A stretch of 54,247 nucleotides of DNA. Origin: an uncultured virus (IMG/VR IMGVR_UViG_3300010345_000156) (Duplodnaviria; Heunggongvirae; Uroviricota; Caudoviricetes). The position numbers and the translations under genes are program-made. Of the stretch, positions 28,212-39,786 are shown in pieces; the stretch's first letter is position 1, and the number at the start of each line of letters is the position of its first letter. The stretch lies in IMG/VR virus record IMGVR_UViG_3300010345_000156. One strand, given 5' to 3'. The notes under the pieces are model-generated. The model was not told where the DNA came from, did no database searches, and saw only the letters and a list, made by a program, of their open reading frames with translations.

Positions 28212-29309
28212 ATGTTTTTCAAATTTACCTCATCACATGCTATAGACATTTATTCAAGAAAGTTTTATAACTTTTCTTCTATAGCAAATTTAATTTCAAG
28301 TATATTTGCAGTTTTTATTATTCCTCCATTTGCGAGTTCTATTTCAATTTTTGGTATATGTTTATTTCTAGGATTTTTAGTAGAAGCTTTTGTTAAGAAA
28401 ACTTTTACTGTAGATCAATATAATGATAGATATACTTTAAAGATTTTTTATGAAATGATAATAACTTCTATTGCTATTGTTTTAATAAATGAAACTTATC
28501 TTTTATATTTACCAATTTTATTATCTATGTTATATTTAAATGTAAACTCTATTATAAAGTCTAAGTTAATTCAATATTCTTCTTTTGTTTTTATGTTAGT
28601 TCCTTTGTATAAGATTTTTAGTCTTCCTTCAAATGAAATTTTAGTATATTTTGCGGTATGTGTTTTGTTTATGTTATTAGCATTTCTTTCTACATTTCTT
28701 TTTAAAACACATCAAGAAATTTCCGAGTCTGCTGAAAAGAGAGAAGAGATTATGAAAGAGGTTTATAAATTAATTCAAAGAAAATCTATTCATAATGTTA
28801 GAAGTGAATTAACGAGACTATATCTATGTGCAAATAAGTATCAAGATAATTATCCAGAATTTTTAGAAATTATGAAAAGTTGTTCTGAAAATATTCAAAA
28901 GTACGCTAACACTTATGCTTTTGATAATGATGAATGTATAACTTTAGATTCTATTTTTAACGATCTTGAAAATTATATGCATAGTCCTAATATAAATTGT
29001 TTTAATTCTATTTTAGATAGGAAAGTAATAATTGGTAATAGAAATTTCATATATTCTTTGATTAAAACTATTTTAGAATATTGTCAAGAAAAAGCTTTGT
29101 ATAATAATTTGACAGCAGATGTAAATATTATAAAAAGAGAAAATTCATTAATCATTAGAGATGAATGTGGACATAAAGAATCTGAAGAGTTTGAAAAGTT
29201 TCTTAAGGTAATGGGTGATGAAGATGTAAAAAGAATATTTAAATTTGATTTGAAATTTTTAGAAACATCTTTAGGAAATGAATTTGTGATTAATTTTAGA
29301 AAGGTTTGA
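28212..29309 (+). CDS. Multi-TM sensor with a degenerate histidine-kinase domain
   Basis: About 6 TM helices, a coiled linker, an H-box-like SIHNVRSEL, and degenerate HATPase motifs (IRDECG, LGNEFVINF). Confidence 0.6.
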   Translation: MFFKFTSSHAIDIYSRKFYNFSSIANLISSIFAVFIIPPFASSISIFGICLFLGFLVEAFVKKTFTVDQYNDRYTLKIFYEMIITSIAIVLINETYLLYLPILLSMLYLNVNSIIKSKLIQYSSFVFMLVPLYKIFSLPSNEILVYFAVCVLFMLLAFLSTFLFKTHQEISESAEKREEIMKEVYKLIQRKSIHNVRSELTRLYLCANKYQDNYPEFLEIMKSCSENIQKYANTYAFDNDECITLDSIFNDLENYMHSPNINCFNSILDRKVIIGNRNFIYSLIKTILEYCQEKALYNNLTADVNIIKRENSLIIRDECGHKESEEFEKFLKVMGDEDVKRIFKFDLKFLETSLGNEFVINFRKV

Positions 29310-29758
29310 CGATGAGAATTTATATAGACTTAGATGATACTATTTTTGAATATACTAAAGCCTATAACGAAGCTTTAGAGAAAAATCCTAAACAACCTTT
29401 TCCTCAAAGTTCTTATGGATTTTTTGCTGATCTAGTTCCTAAAAAAGATGCAGTTAAATCTTATTATGAATTAAAAGTAAATCATTCTGTATATTTTCTT
29501 ACAGCACCTTCTATAATGAATCCTATGTCATATTGTGAAAAAAGAGTTTCTATAGAAAAATGGTTCGGATTAGATGCATGTAAAAATCTGATTATCTGTC
29601 ATGACAAAAGTTTATTAAAAGGTGATTTCTTAATTGATGATAGAATTGCTTCAAATAAACAATACGCCTTTGAAGGAACTCTTTTAGAATTTGGTGGTGA
29701 GAAATATCCTGATTGGAAAAGTATCATGAAATATTTCAAAGGTCAAAAGTTAATATGA
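29306..29758 (+). CDS. 5'(3')-deoxyribonucleotidase (HAD, NT5C-like)
   Basis: IYIDLDDTI, FLTAP, EK..I...FG, DKSLLKGDFLIDDR, W. Confidence 0.88.
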   Translation: MTMRIYIDLDDTIFEYTKAYNEALEKNPKQPFPQSSYGFFADLVPKKDAVKSYYELKVNHSVYFLTAPSIMNPMSYCEKRVSIEKWFGLDACKNLIICHDKSLLKGDFLIDDRIASNKQYAFEGTLLEFGGEKYPDWKSIMKYFKGQKLI

Positions 29759-30218
29759 AAATATCATCTTGGAATTTCGAAAATGATTATGTATCGCTTG
29801 TTAAATTATTACAAGATTCCAATTGGATTAGATATGAAAATGGTGAACTAGATTTACTTCCAAAGTTAATTATAAATCAACCAAATATTTTTCTATTAAC
29901 GGTAAATGATAATTGTTTTTTAAAACCTCCAGAATATTATACTACAAACACTTTAGAAACTATTGTTAAAGAATTGATGGGATACAGATGAATAATGAAA
30001 ATATATCTATAGAAGAATTATTTGAATTTCACAACAAACGAAATTATGTAACATATATTAATGGTGTATTAAAACTAAACGTTCATTTTCTTACTCCAGA
30101 AAGACAATTATTTAATTTAAGAGATAATAATATATTAAAATTTGAGCAAAGGTTAAATTGGCGTGAAGATATTTTCGAAATATATAAAAATATTCATAGA
30201 CAAATTTTAGAAAGTTAA
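29755..30218 (+). other. Two small ORFs (29755-29991, 29988-30218), divergent D-x-x-N family
   Basis: NDNCFLK and RDNNILK motifs. The two ORFs share Y.NG.L.L. Confidence 0.55.
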
Positions 30219-30256
30219 TTATGAAATTTCCACCATATACATTTTATCATATAGAA

Positions 30257-30919
30257 NNNNNNNNNNNNNNNNNNNNNNNNNNNNNNNNNNNNNNNNNNNN
30301 NNNNNNNNNNNNNNNNNNNNNNNNNNNNNNNNNNNNNNNNNNNNNNNNNNNNNNNNNNNNNNNNNNNNNNNNNNNNNNNNNNNNNNNNNNNNNNNNNNNN
30401 NNNNNNNNNNNNNNNNNNNNNNNNNNNNNNNNNNNNNNNNNNNNNNNNNNNNNNNNNNNNNNNNNNNNNNNNNNNNNNNNNNNNNNNNNNNNNNNNNNNN
30501 NNNNNNNNNNNNNNNNNNNNNNNNNNNNNNNNNNNNNNNNNNNNNNNNNNNNNNNNNNNNNNNNNNNNNNNNNNNNNNNNNNNNNNNNNNNNNNNNNNNN
30601 NNNNNNNNNNNNNNNNNNNNNNNNNNNNNNNNNNNNNNNNNNNNNNNNNNNNNNNNNNNNNNNNNNNNNNNNNNNNNNNNNNNNNNNNNNNNNNNNNNNN
30701 NNNNNNNNNNNNNNNNNNNNNNNNNNNNNNNNNNNNNNNNNNNNNNNNNNNNNNNNNNNNNNNNNNNNNNNNNNNNNNNNNNNNNNNNNNNNNNNNNNNN
30801 NNNNNNNNNNNNNNNNNNNNNNNNNNNNNNNNNNNNNNNNNNNNNNNNNNNNNNNNNNNNNNNNNNNNNNNNNNNNNNNNNNNNNNNNNNNNNNNNNNNN
30901 NNNNNNNNNNNNNNNNNNN
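30257..30919. other. Assembly gap (N run)
   Basis: Run of N. Confidence 1.
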
Positions 30920-30921
30920 TT

Positions 30922-31422
30922 ATGAACGATGATAAATTTTGGAACGATATGACCAAACAATTAATTGGAAATCCTATATTAAACCCTATTAAAGGATTTA
31001 TAAAACAATTTTTCAGATCTTTAGGAAATTTAATAAAATATTTTCCTATAATTTGGAATGATAGAGATTGGGATCATTATTATTTTTATCTATTAATGAA
31101 AAAGAAATTAGAAGGAATGAGAGATTATCAAAAATATAAAGGTCATGCGGTAAACTCTTTATATACTGCTGAAAGAATAAATTTAGCAATAACTCTTTTA
31201 GATAAAATTATAGAAGATGATTTTAAAGATGATGAGTTTTGGAAAGATGTAAAATATAATTGGATCTCTTTAGATGATGAATATAGTACTTTAAATAGAA
31301 CTTCCAAACATACTGATGAAGAAATATTAGAACAAATTAAAAAAGAACATAAATTAAAAAGAAAATATATCAAAACATTCTTCTCAGTTCTAGAAAAAAG
31401 AATAGAAACTTTTTGGGATTAA
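30922..31422 (+). CDS. Hypothetical phage protein
   Basis: FPIIWNDRDWDHYY...I..FWD pattern of a kind seen in large phages. Confidence 0.65.
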   Translation: MNDDKFWNDMTKQLIGNPILNPIKGFIKQFFRSLGNLIKYFPIIWNDRDWDHYYFYLLMKKKLEGMRDYQKYKGHAVNSLYTAERINLAITLLDKIIEDDFKDDEFWKDVKYNWISLDDEYSTLNRTSKHTDEEILEQIKKEHKLKRKYIKTFFSVLEKRIETFWD

Positions 31423-31424
31423 TA

Positions 31425-32206
31425 ATGATACTAATATATCCAGAATTTAAATTATTAAAACACTATGATAAATTTGTTCGAAGAGATTTAGGATCTATAG
31501 AAGAATTGGCATGTCTATTTTGTTATGATATCGAAAATTGTTTATTTAAAAATTCACTATTTCAATACCGTGTTGATATTTTCGAAAAATTGATTGTAAA
31601 GGACTATAAGAATGTTTAATCAAAATGAATTTTATAATTTAAAACAATCTGTAACATTTACTAGAAAGATTCATGGTAATTTATATCTTATAGGTCATGA
31701 TTGGAGGAATTATTTTATAAAAGGTGGTTATGAATTTTGTTTTAATTTAACCACTCATATTTTTACAGATGAATTTATTAAAGAGAATAATTTATGAATA
31801 GATTAATCGATATTAAAAATGCTCATAAATTTTGTTTATTTGAATTTTCAGATAGTGGTAAATATATTTGGACATTTGCTTCTAATGATGCTTTTATAAT
31901 TTATGATACTCAGAATAAATTTTTAAAATTAGATTCTGTAAAGCAAATTTTGAAAAATATGAACAAAGGTATCTTATGATAATTTCAACTGATAAAGCTT
32001 TAGAATTAAATATGGAAAAGTTTGTGGTGAAAAGTTTAAGATTTTTTGATAATTATATTCCTCTATTTGATATAGAAAATCATGTCAATAAAGATCTTTA
32101 CATTTTTAATTCAGATAAAAATATACATGAGTTTTTAAAAGAATATGATTTAATTACAAAAATGAAAATAAAAAAAATCTTAATTAAAAATAAATTCATA
32201 AAATAA
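31425..32206 (+). other. Four small D-x-x-N family ORFs (31425-31619, 31612-31797, 31794-31979, 31976-32206)
   Basis: YDIENCLFK, HDWRNYFIK, YDTQNKFLK, FDIENHVNK; overlapping start/stop codons. Confidence 0.65.
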
Positions 32207-32254
32207 ATCAAATTTACTCCAAAGTGAATTTGCCCAAAATAGTGAATTCAGATT

Positions 32255-32317
32255 CTTTCAACATGTTATAAACAATTTTCAAGAACTTATAAACAATTAA
32301 TTAACAATTTATAAACA
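32255..32317 (+). repeat. Helically phased DnaA-box-like nonamers
   Basis: TTATAAACA at 32266, 32287 and 32309, with degenerate copies at 32255, 32276 and ~32297. Confidence 0.5.
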
Positions 32318-32428
32318 TCCTCAAAAATAGGGGTATAGTGTCTTCTAAGAGGCGTCTTTCACGATTGACCAGAAACCTAGAAAAATCTCTAAACCCGCTT
32401 AAAACCTGCTCAGAATCGAAATAAACCC

Positions 32429-32457
32429 TTGACAAACGATCTTCTCTAGACTATATT
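32429..32457 (+). promoter_or_regulatory. Sigma70-type promoter
   Basis: TTGACA-17-TATATT upstream of 32494. Confidence 0.7.
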
Positions 32458-32493
32458 AAAGAGAACGTAAAGACCTATGAAGAAAGATATTAA

Positions 32494-32884
32494 ATGATAA
32501 AATTAAAGAATGATGAATTAATATTGAGAATTAATTTTAATAAACATAACACGAAAAATAATTATTTTGCTGGAGGAGATGTAATTGATTTTAAAAATAT
32601 CTTTGTGGGATTTGATATAGAAAATAAAATTGTGAAAACATATGATTACAGAGTTCTCAAGAATTTTTATGATAGCATATAGAAACAATTTAGGATATAG
32701 TGTTTGCCACGTTTATGAAGATCTTTTCTGGGATACTTGTCAATCAGATCATTGCATAGTTCCTATAGAAAATCATCATCCATTATATTCTTGTGAAAAT
32801 CATATATTTAAAAAATGGATATTTGATAGAGAATATTATTCAAGAGCTATGTTACTAGAATTTAAAAGAATAAAAGGATGGTAA
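32494..32884 (+). other. Two small D-x-x-N family ORFs (32494-32682, 32669-32884)
   Basis: LKNDE...FDIENKIVK; SCENHIFK. Confidence 0.55.
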
Positions 32885-32887
32885 AAA

Positions 32888-33178
32888 ATGATAGAAGCAA
32901 CAAAAGAAACATTTGTAGAAGAAATTAATTCAGAAAAAGTATTAGTAGATTTTTGGGCACCTTGGTGTGGTCCTTGTAAAATGCTTTCTGGAACTTTAGA
33001 ACAAATTCAAAAAGAAACTAATATTAAAATTGTAAAAGTAAATGTAGATGAAGAATCCGAATTAGCTTCTACATATAACATTAGATCTTTACCAACATTA
33101 ATCCTATTTAAAAATGGTGAGATGGTAAATCAAATTGTAGGAGCAGTTTCTAAAAATAAAATCTTGGAGATGCTTTGA
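32888..33178 (+). CDS. trxA: Thioredoxin
   Basis: VLVDFWAPWCGPCK, KVNVDE, IRSLPTL..FKNG. Confidence 0.97.
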   Translation: MIEATKETFVEEINSEKVLVDFWAPWCGPCKMLSGTLEQIQKETNIKIVKVNVDEESELASTYNIRSLPTLILFKNGEMVNQIVGAVSKNKILEML

Positions 33179-33414
33179 AAGTTCTTTATCCAATAAGAAA
33201 ATATGATAGAAGATTTCCAAACCTTTCTTATTATAGATTTGTAGGAAATGAATTGAAATATACAGATGCTAGAACCTGTGGAAGATTTTTAGGTATAGAT
33301 TCTTATAATATTATTTTAAATAGATTTGGTAATGATTGGAATAAAAATTTTAGAATAATTTTAACAGACTTTGAAAGGGAAATGAATGAAGTCAGAAAGG
33401 TTAACAGAAAGTAA
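33175..33414 (+). CDS. Small protein, D-x-x-N family
   Basis: IDSYNIILN motif; TTG start overlapping the trxA stop. Confidence 0.5.
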   Translation: MKVLYPIRKYDRRFPNLSYYRFVGNELKYTDARTCGRFLGIDSYNIILNRFGNDWNKNFRIILTDFEREMNEVRKVNRK

Positions 33415-33417
33415 CTT

Positions 33418-33690
33418 ATGAAACATCTTCCTTTAATAACAATACAAAAACATCCTTCAAAAGATTCTATAGCTTTTACAATTTGGTTTGATAGGATTTA
33501 TTCATCTTCTGGAAAACGATATCATAGAAGATCTTTCCTAATTCATTGGTTAAGAAAAGCTTGGAAAGAAAATAATATCAAACCAAGATTTTCAATTCAT
33601 TCTAACAAAGCAGATAAAGGTGATGGATGTTTTGATGGGGATATTACATTAGGATATCTTATATTAAATTATACAAACTGGAAATATTAA
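33418..33690 (+). CDS. Hypothetical protein
   Basis: 90-aa ORF in the operon. Confidence 0.55.
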   Translation: MKHLPLITIQKHPSKDSIAFTIWFDRIYSSSGKRYHRRSFLIHWLRKAWKENNIKPRFSIHSNKADKGDGCFDGDITLGYLILNYTNWKY

Positions 33691-36638
33691 TGATCATAAA
33701 ATGTAATATAAATGAAGAAATGTTTAAGATAGATTATTCTGGAAAATTTATCCTAGTAGATTATAAAAACTATTTCTTAAAACATGCAGAAGAGTTTTAT
33801 GTAGATTTGAAATATGATGGTGATAGTATAGAAGACTTAGTTCACCACTATGATGCATTTGTAAAAGCTATAATTTGTTCTACATTTTTTAATAAGGTTC
33901 CTAAATGGACTTGATCAATCTTAAAAATTCAGAAGAGTTTTATTGCATTCTAGAAAATAAAGATCGCTGGGATGTTTTAAACGATTCTAGACATTTACTT
34001 AAAAAAATCGATTCAAAGTATATTAAGATACTCAAAGACTATAGTAATTACATCTTAAAATATAATGATACATCTTATTATGATATTATTTTAGGTAAAC
34101 AATATGTATATTTTCCTTGGGGTTTCGATTATGATACACTTGAAGAATGATAATAAATTTTGGTTCATTTTAGAAACCCAAAAAGAATTTAATTATGGAC
34201 ATAGAGATTATATAGAAAAAATTTGTAAAGATCATATGAAGATTATGCTAGATACTAAAAATGACTTTATAAAACAATATTATGTAGAAATCTTAAATCA
34301 AATTCTAGAAAAGAAATATCAAAGAGCCTTGAACAGAAACGAATTAATATGATCTTACCAAAAATGCAATACTTATATTTCCACAGACCAAATGATTTTA
34401 TATTCATCCAAAATCCTAATCATAAAGATCTTGTAGCATATGATAAAGAAAATATGTTTCTAAAATTTTATTATGGATTTAATCCTATAACCTATTACAA
34501 GAAAGTTATATTATGAAAAATCCAGACCAATTTTTTCATATAATACAATCATCAGATAAATTTACATTTTATTATGATAATGAATACACAAATAAAGTGT
34601 TGAATCGTTATCAAAAATTTATATACACTGATGTACAAAATTATATTATGAATAATACTACAACTCGTAAACATGAATCAATTATAGAAAAGAAATTTAA
34701 TTCTGATTTACAACATCTATTTTTAAAAAGATTAATTCTTCCACAAGATCTAAAAGGATATCTATGAAAAATAAAATATTCTTAAATCTAGCTATAGTAA
34801 ACGAAAATCTTTATTATCATTTATTAACTTATAAAAATTCATATCAATTCAAATATCTAGAATCTTTTGAACAATCAATTTTATATGACGATCTAAATGA
34901 TTTCACAAAAACAAATTTTAGAAAATATTTAGATTTAATTTATGTTTGTCCTCCTATAGAAAGTCTAGTAGAAGTATTCCCAGATCAATGTAAAAATATA
35001 AATTGGGCAAAAGAATTCATAACAACATTCGAGTTTCATCATGGATATTAAAAACGAAAATAGATTTAGTAATATAATTTTAAACTATCATTCATATGTA
35101 TGTTTTTATAAACCTCGGGAAAACGATGATTATATGAATTTTTACAATATGTTTAAACAATATTACTATTTTGATAGAGATAATAATATTTTAAAATATA
35201 AAGGTTTTTGGACAACGCCTCCAACATATATTTTAAATTTATATCAAAACATTTATTCAGATATGCCGGGAATTCTAGAAACCTTCAAAGATCAATGTTT
35301 AGATTATGAAACTGCGTATAAATTTGCTGAAGAATATGATAGAAAAATTATTGAAGAGTTTGATGCCGCATATGAAAAATAACAATCATCTCATAAAAAT
35401 AATTCAATTAGAAGAAGGAATGTATCCAATTTTTCCTGGAAACATTTATCACCAAAATTTAGACAGTTATCATAGGTTTGTTTTATACGATTGGTTAAAC
35501 TTTTTCTTAAAAAATGAAATAGTAAAAACATTCGAAGAAATCCTAGAACAAACGATTTTATCTAAAAAAGATGTAAGGAAATATGAATGAAAAATCCTAA
35601 TAACGATTCTATATTATACCTTGCACAAAATGAAAAATTCTTTACACTATCACTTGACAAAAATTTTGATATAAACATGCAAATCTTTTTAGATGGTTAT
35701 AATGACTTTGTAACACCATTAAGAATGATGTCAGATTCAATTTTAATAATAAGAGTAGCAGAATATATCATAGGATCAAAATATAAACATTGTAACGATT
35801 TTCCAAAACAAATCAAAATATCAGGAATAGTAAATGATCAATCAATTAAAAAATCCTAGAAACTTTGGTTACATTCTATTCAATGAAACTAAATTTAGAG
35901 AAACAAACTTTTCATATTTTGATGACCTAGAAACTTCTCTAAGCAAATTAAATCATCTAATATTTGAGGATTATCAAAATTATATTGTAAAACTAGAACT
36001 AGTATATTTCAAAAATTACAAAAAACTATTCAAAGAAATCTTTCCAGATAAAACAGAATTTATAGACGACTACCAACAAGAATATCACAAACACTTTAGG
36101 AAAACAATATGATACAATTTATTAAAACATTAAAATGTCCAGAAAATTTCGTATATCTATCACATGTTAAACATAATAACCGTTTCAATATATACAACTA
36201 CAAATTCATAAGCTTTGATAAAAATAGTTGTCCTTATATAATATTAGATAACATGAATTTAATTATAAAAAACGACAAACATCTTTCATATATAACATTA
36301 ATCAAAAATAATTGTGATGAAATATTATTGGAAATAAATTTCAATAACCCCTTCACAGTAAATTATCCTATGATCGATGTGACTCAATGATCCTCTATAA
36401 AGATTTCCTATACATCCTAGAAAACGAAAAGAACTTTACTACAATTGCATCAGATGTTTTATCATGGAATTCTCATAAACCTCTATTAAAACTTTCAAAT
36501 ATGTTTATATACTCAGATGATAAAAACATTATCACAAAATTGAAACCAAAAATGATATTAGAAATTACAAATCAAATTATGAATAAACAAAGATATTATA
36601 ACATATTTGGATATAAATTAATGGAGGAGTATAAATGA
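33690..36638 (+). other. Tandem run of 12 small D-x-x-N family ORFs (starts 33690, 33905, 34131, 34349, 34513, 34764, 35041, 35372, 35587, 35834, 36109, 36387)
   Basis: Each carries the motif (DYKNYFLK, DYSNYILK, DTKNDFIK, DKENMFLK, DVQNYIMN, DDLNDFTK, DRDNNILK, DWLNFFLK, DGYNDFVT, DYQNYIVK, DNMNLIIK, DDKNIITK). Most also have an N-terminal KN-x3-F. Confidence 0.7.
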
Positions 36639-37411
36639 TCTATCATAATGTAATAGTAAATCAAAATGCTGCATACAAAGAAAATCATGCACTAATTCTA
36701 AACTCTCAAAGAATCACTTTAGAACAACCTCATCATTATTGGCAACAAGCAAACCTTGATATATCTCTTTCTAAAATCCTAAAACCTTCTAAAACAATTC
36801 AACAAGCAATTTACATAGGAAGAATCCCACTACACTTTGGACATTTCTTGATAGAAGGTCTTCCTAAAATGGCAGATCTTCCTTTCCTAAATCTTCCCTT
36901 CATAGGCTATCTCACAAAAGGTTTCCTTCCACCAAATATAAAAGCTATGGAAGAAGATCAAGCAAGAACTCTGATAAAAATGATTTCTAAAAACAAATTC
37001 ATAGAAATCAAAGAAAATGAAAACATCCTTGTCAAAAACCTAATCTTCAATGATCCGCCTTTGACAATCTCTCATACAGTACATGATCCAGAAAAAATGT
37101 CTAAACTCATTCAACATATCACAAAAGAATGTAAAAAACTACATCCTATGAATGAAATCGAAAATCTTTACCTAAACAGATTAGATGAAGAACTTAAAGA
37201 AAATTCTAATAACCCAAATGATCCAATCACTCTACAAATTGCAAAAGTAGCAAATGCAAAATCCCTAGAAGGAAACACCGGATCAAATACTCATCTATCT
37301 ATGTTCGCAAATAAATTCACTAAAACAAACTTCATCCCAAGAAATGATCCAGATCAAACAGATAGAAATCAATTACTCTGCGATCTTATTAGAATGTATA
37401 ATAAGGAATAA
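36635..37411 (+). CDS. Glycosyltransferase family 61 / DUF563-like protein
   Basis: HFGHFLIEGLPKM, VKNL, LYLNR, QI...ANA....G..GSNTH.SMF. Confidence 0.7.
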   Translation: MIYHNVIVNQNAAYKENHALILNSQRITLEQPHHYWQQANLDISLSKILKPSKTIQQAIYIGRIPLHFGHFLIEGLPKMADLPFLNLPFIGYLTKGFLPPNIKAMEEDQARTLIKMISKNKFIEIKENENILVKNLIFNDPPLTISHTVHDPEKMSKLIQHITKECKKLHPMNEIENLYLNRLDEELKENSNNPNDPITLQIAKVANAKSLEGNTGSNTHLSMFANKFTKTNFIPRNDPDQTDRNQLLCDLIRMYNKE

Positions 37412-37415
37412 TACA

Positions 37416-38156
37416 ATGAAACTATATAAATTTAGAAACATCAATTCGGAAAAAGATTATAAAAGAGTTTTAGAATATATTGAAGAAAAATTTCTACACG
37501 CAGCAAAAATCGCAAATTTCCCAGATACATTTGAATTAGATATATGCAAAATTGAAATCAAGTATGATGAAAATGATATTGATAATTTAATGAAATATAA
37601 TTTGAAACAATTAAATAAACCAATACCAGATAAAAAGACTTTAGCACAAATTTTAACAGACAATCCAAGTAGCGAGTATTACAGATTTGAATTAACAAAT
37701 TTAATAAATGAATTAAAAGAAATTGTTAATATATGCTCACTTTCAAAATCTTATAATGATTCTAAAATGTGGGAAGATTATTCTAAAGGTATTTGTATAG
37801 AAGTTGAAGTAATGAAACATAAAAATATAAAAGAACGTCATGTAAAATATACAAACGAAAAACCAATTATAAAATTACCTAAAGATATATTCAATACAGA
37901 ATTACTTAAAGAAAAACTATTACAATATAAATCTGAATCATATAAGTTTGAAAATGAAGTAAGATTCGTAAGTGATAAACAAAATAAATTACCATTAGAA
38001 AATATATCAAAAATTTATGTAGGATATAATGTAAGTAAATGGGATAAAGACAAACTAGTGAAAAATGTCCATAATATAGATCCTAATATTAAAATTTATG
38101 AGATTATCAAAGATAAAGAATATTATAAATTTATAGAAGGTGATGAACTTATATAA
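37416..38156 (+). CDS. DUF2971-like protein
   Basis: LYKFR...CSLS......MW.DY..GICIE...VKY...K...YKFENEVR...I..IYVG. Start moved to MKLYKFR. Confidence 0.7.
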   Translation: MKLYKFRNINSEKDYKRVLEYIEEKFLHAAKIANFPDTFELDICKIEIKYDENDIDNLMKYNLKQLNKPIPDKKTLAQILTDNPSSEYYRFELTNLINELKEIVNICSLSKSYNDSKMWEDYSKGICIEVEVMKHKNIKERHVKYTNEKPIIKLPKDIFNTELLKEKLLQYKSESYKFENEVRFVSDKQNKLPLENISKIYVGYNVSKWDKDKLVKNVHNIDPNIKIYEIIKDKEYYKFIEGDELI

Positions 38157-39341
38157 TGCGTCAAATAGTTTACTAATTAAGTATCCTTTAGGAAATATCT
38201 ATAGTAAACACTGAGACAAAATTAAAATAAACCGATAAAAAACTATTGGAGAAAATTGATGAAATATATCTGGAAAGCATAACAAATAATTTATATTAAA
38301 ACTTTCTCGAAACAATTGCAGAAAATAATTTATGAAATTTCTTTATACCAAATATTTGAATGTCTCCATAATGTAGAATGCTAAAAATAGTCAAAAATGG
38401 AGCTTTTTGCCGAAACCCTTATGTCAAGTGATTTTTCAAAATAATTTCCTATACACTCTCCACCACTTTCCCTTATGTACTATTCTGAAACATATCCTAA
38501 ATCCACTTTCAAGTTATGACAAACCACTTCGGCAAAAAGCCTAATCAATTTCTTTCAATACCATTTCTCAATACCATTTCCTAAAACAATCAATTCCCAA
38601 TACCACTTTGCCCAAATAAGCCCTATAATTGCCTATATACTGCCCAAAATAGCCTAAATGATATACCCAGTAACTTATAAACAATCTTTCCACATAATGT
38701 TAATAGATTGAATAATATCAAATACAATTTCCTAAAATCTATTCCAAAATAAATGAATCAAATTTCATCCCATATATTCAACCAAATTCAATTCAATATA
38801 ATTCTTTCAATGGTTTTCAATTTCATTCAATTTGATTTTCATTCAATGTTATCCTAAATCATTCCCTATCTAAATTGCCTGAAATAGCCTTAAAACGGTC
38901 TAGGATACGGTATGGGGGTAAATGTATAAACGTTGTCTGGAAAGGATTTTAGGCATATCTAATCAAGAAATTCGACAAAGTTTTTAGGATAGTCTTTCAG
39001 GAAAAATTGAAGAAATGAAAGTGGTATAAGGTGGTTAAAGGAATTTGAAAAAGAATGACGGGGCTTTATAGCAAGATTTTGGATAGATCTTTCTTAAAAA
39101 GTGGTCTAAGAAATTTGTAAATAGACTCTTTTAAACCCTTGACAAATTGGAGAAAGTTTACTAGGCAAATTTTATTGGCTTTCTCAAATATTTTCCCCAT
39201 AGTATTTCTTCAGTATTTTGTCAACAACTATTTCAGAAATTCTCAAATATTTTTCCTATAGTATTTTCCTAAATTTTTGTCAAGGGTCTAAAAGAGAAAA
39301 TATGCAAAAAATTTCTAAAACTCTTTTGACTAAATACATAT

Positions 39342-39614
39342 ATGATAGAGATTAGCAAAGATTTTCAAATAGATTTTTCCTATAGTAATTCCAATAAGTT
39401 CTTTACGAAGACCGCGAAACACCTACGGGATCTGTTAGCTGAGGGAAGAAATGCGGGAAATTTAATCGAAAGTTTTAATCTAGATCATTTTAGAAAGAGT
39501 GTTTTAAGTATTCCTAAAAGAGTTTCTACAAAGTTCAAGAGCTTTTTGCTGAAATGTTCCCTATATGGATTGTTCATTTTGCCAACTTATGTAAAGACTT
39601 CAGGAAAGAATTAA
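39342..39614 (+). CDS. Possible late ORF (or non-coding transcript)
   Basis: ACTAAATA lies 5 nt before the ATG; the codon pattern is atypical. Confidence 0.3.
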   Translation: MIEISKDFQIDFSYSNSNKFFTKTAKHLRDLLAEGRNAGNLIESFNLDHFRKSVLSIPKRVSTKFKSFLLKCSLYGLFILPTYVKTSGKN

Positions 39615-39786
39615 AGCAAAATTTTCTAAAACATTGCTGGAAAAATTGAAACGAAATTTTATGATATTTTTCGTGTATTTTTGTTTTAACTATTTTAGGA
39701 ATTGATTTAGAAATTTAATTTGAGAAAATGATTGACAATACAGATTAAAGATTGTAAGATAGTAAATGACAGAGGAGTGAATAAAA

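Noticed and set aside
30219..30960. Long ORFs across 30.2-30.9 kb
   Set aside because: Artefacts of the N gap.
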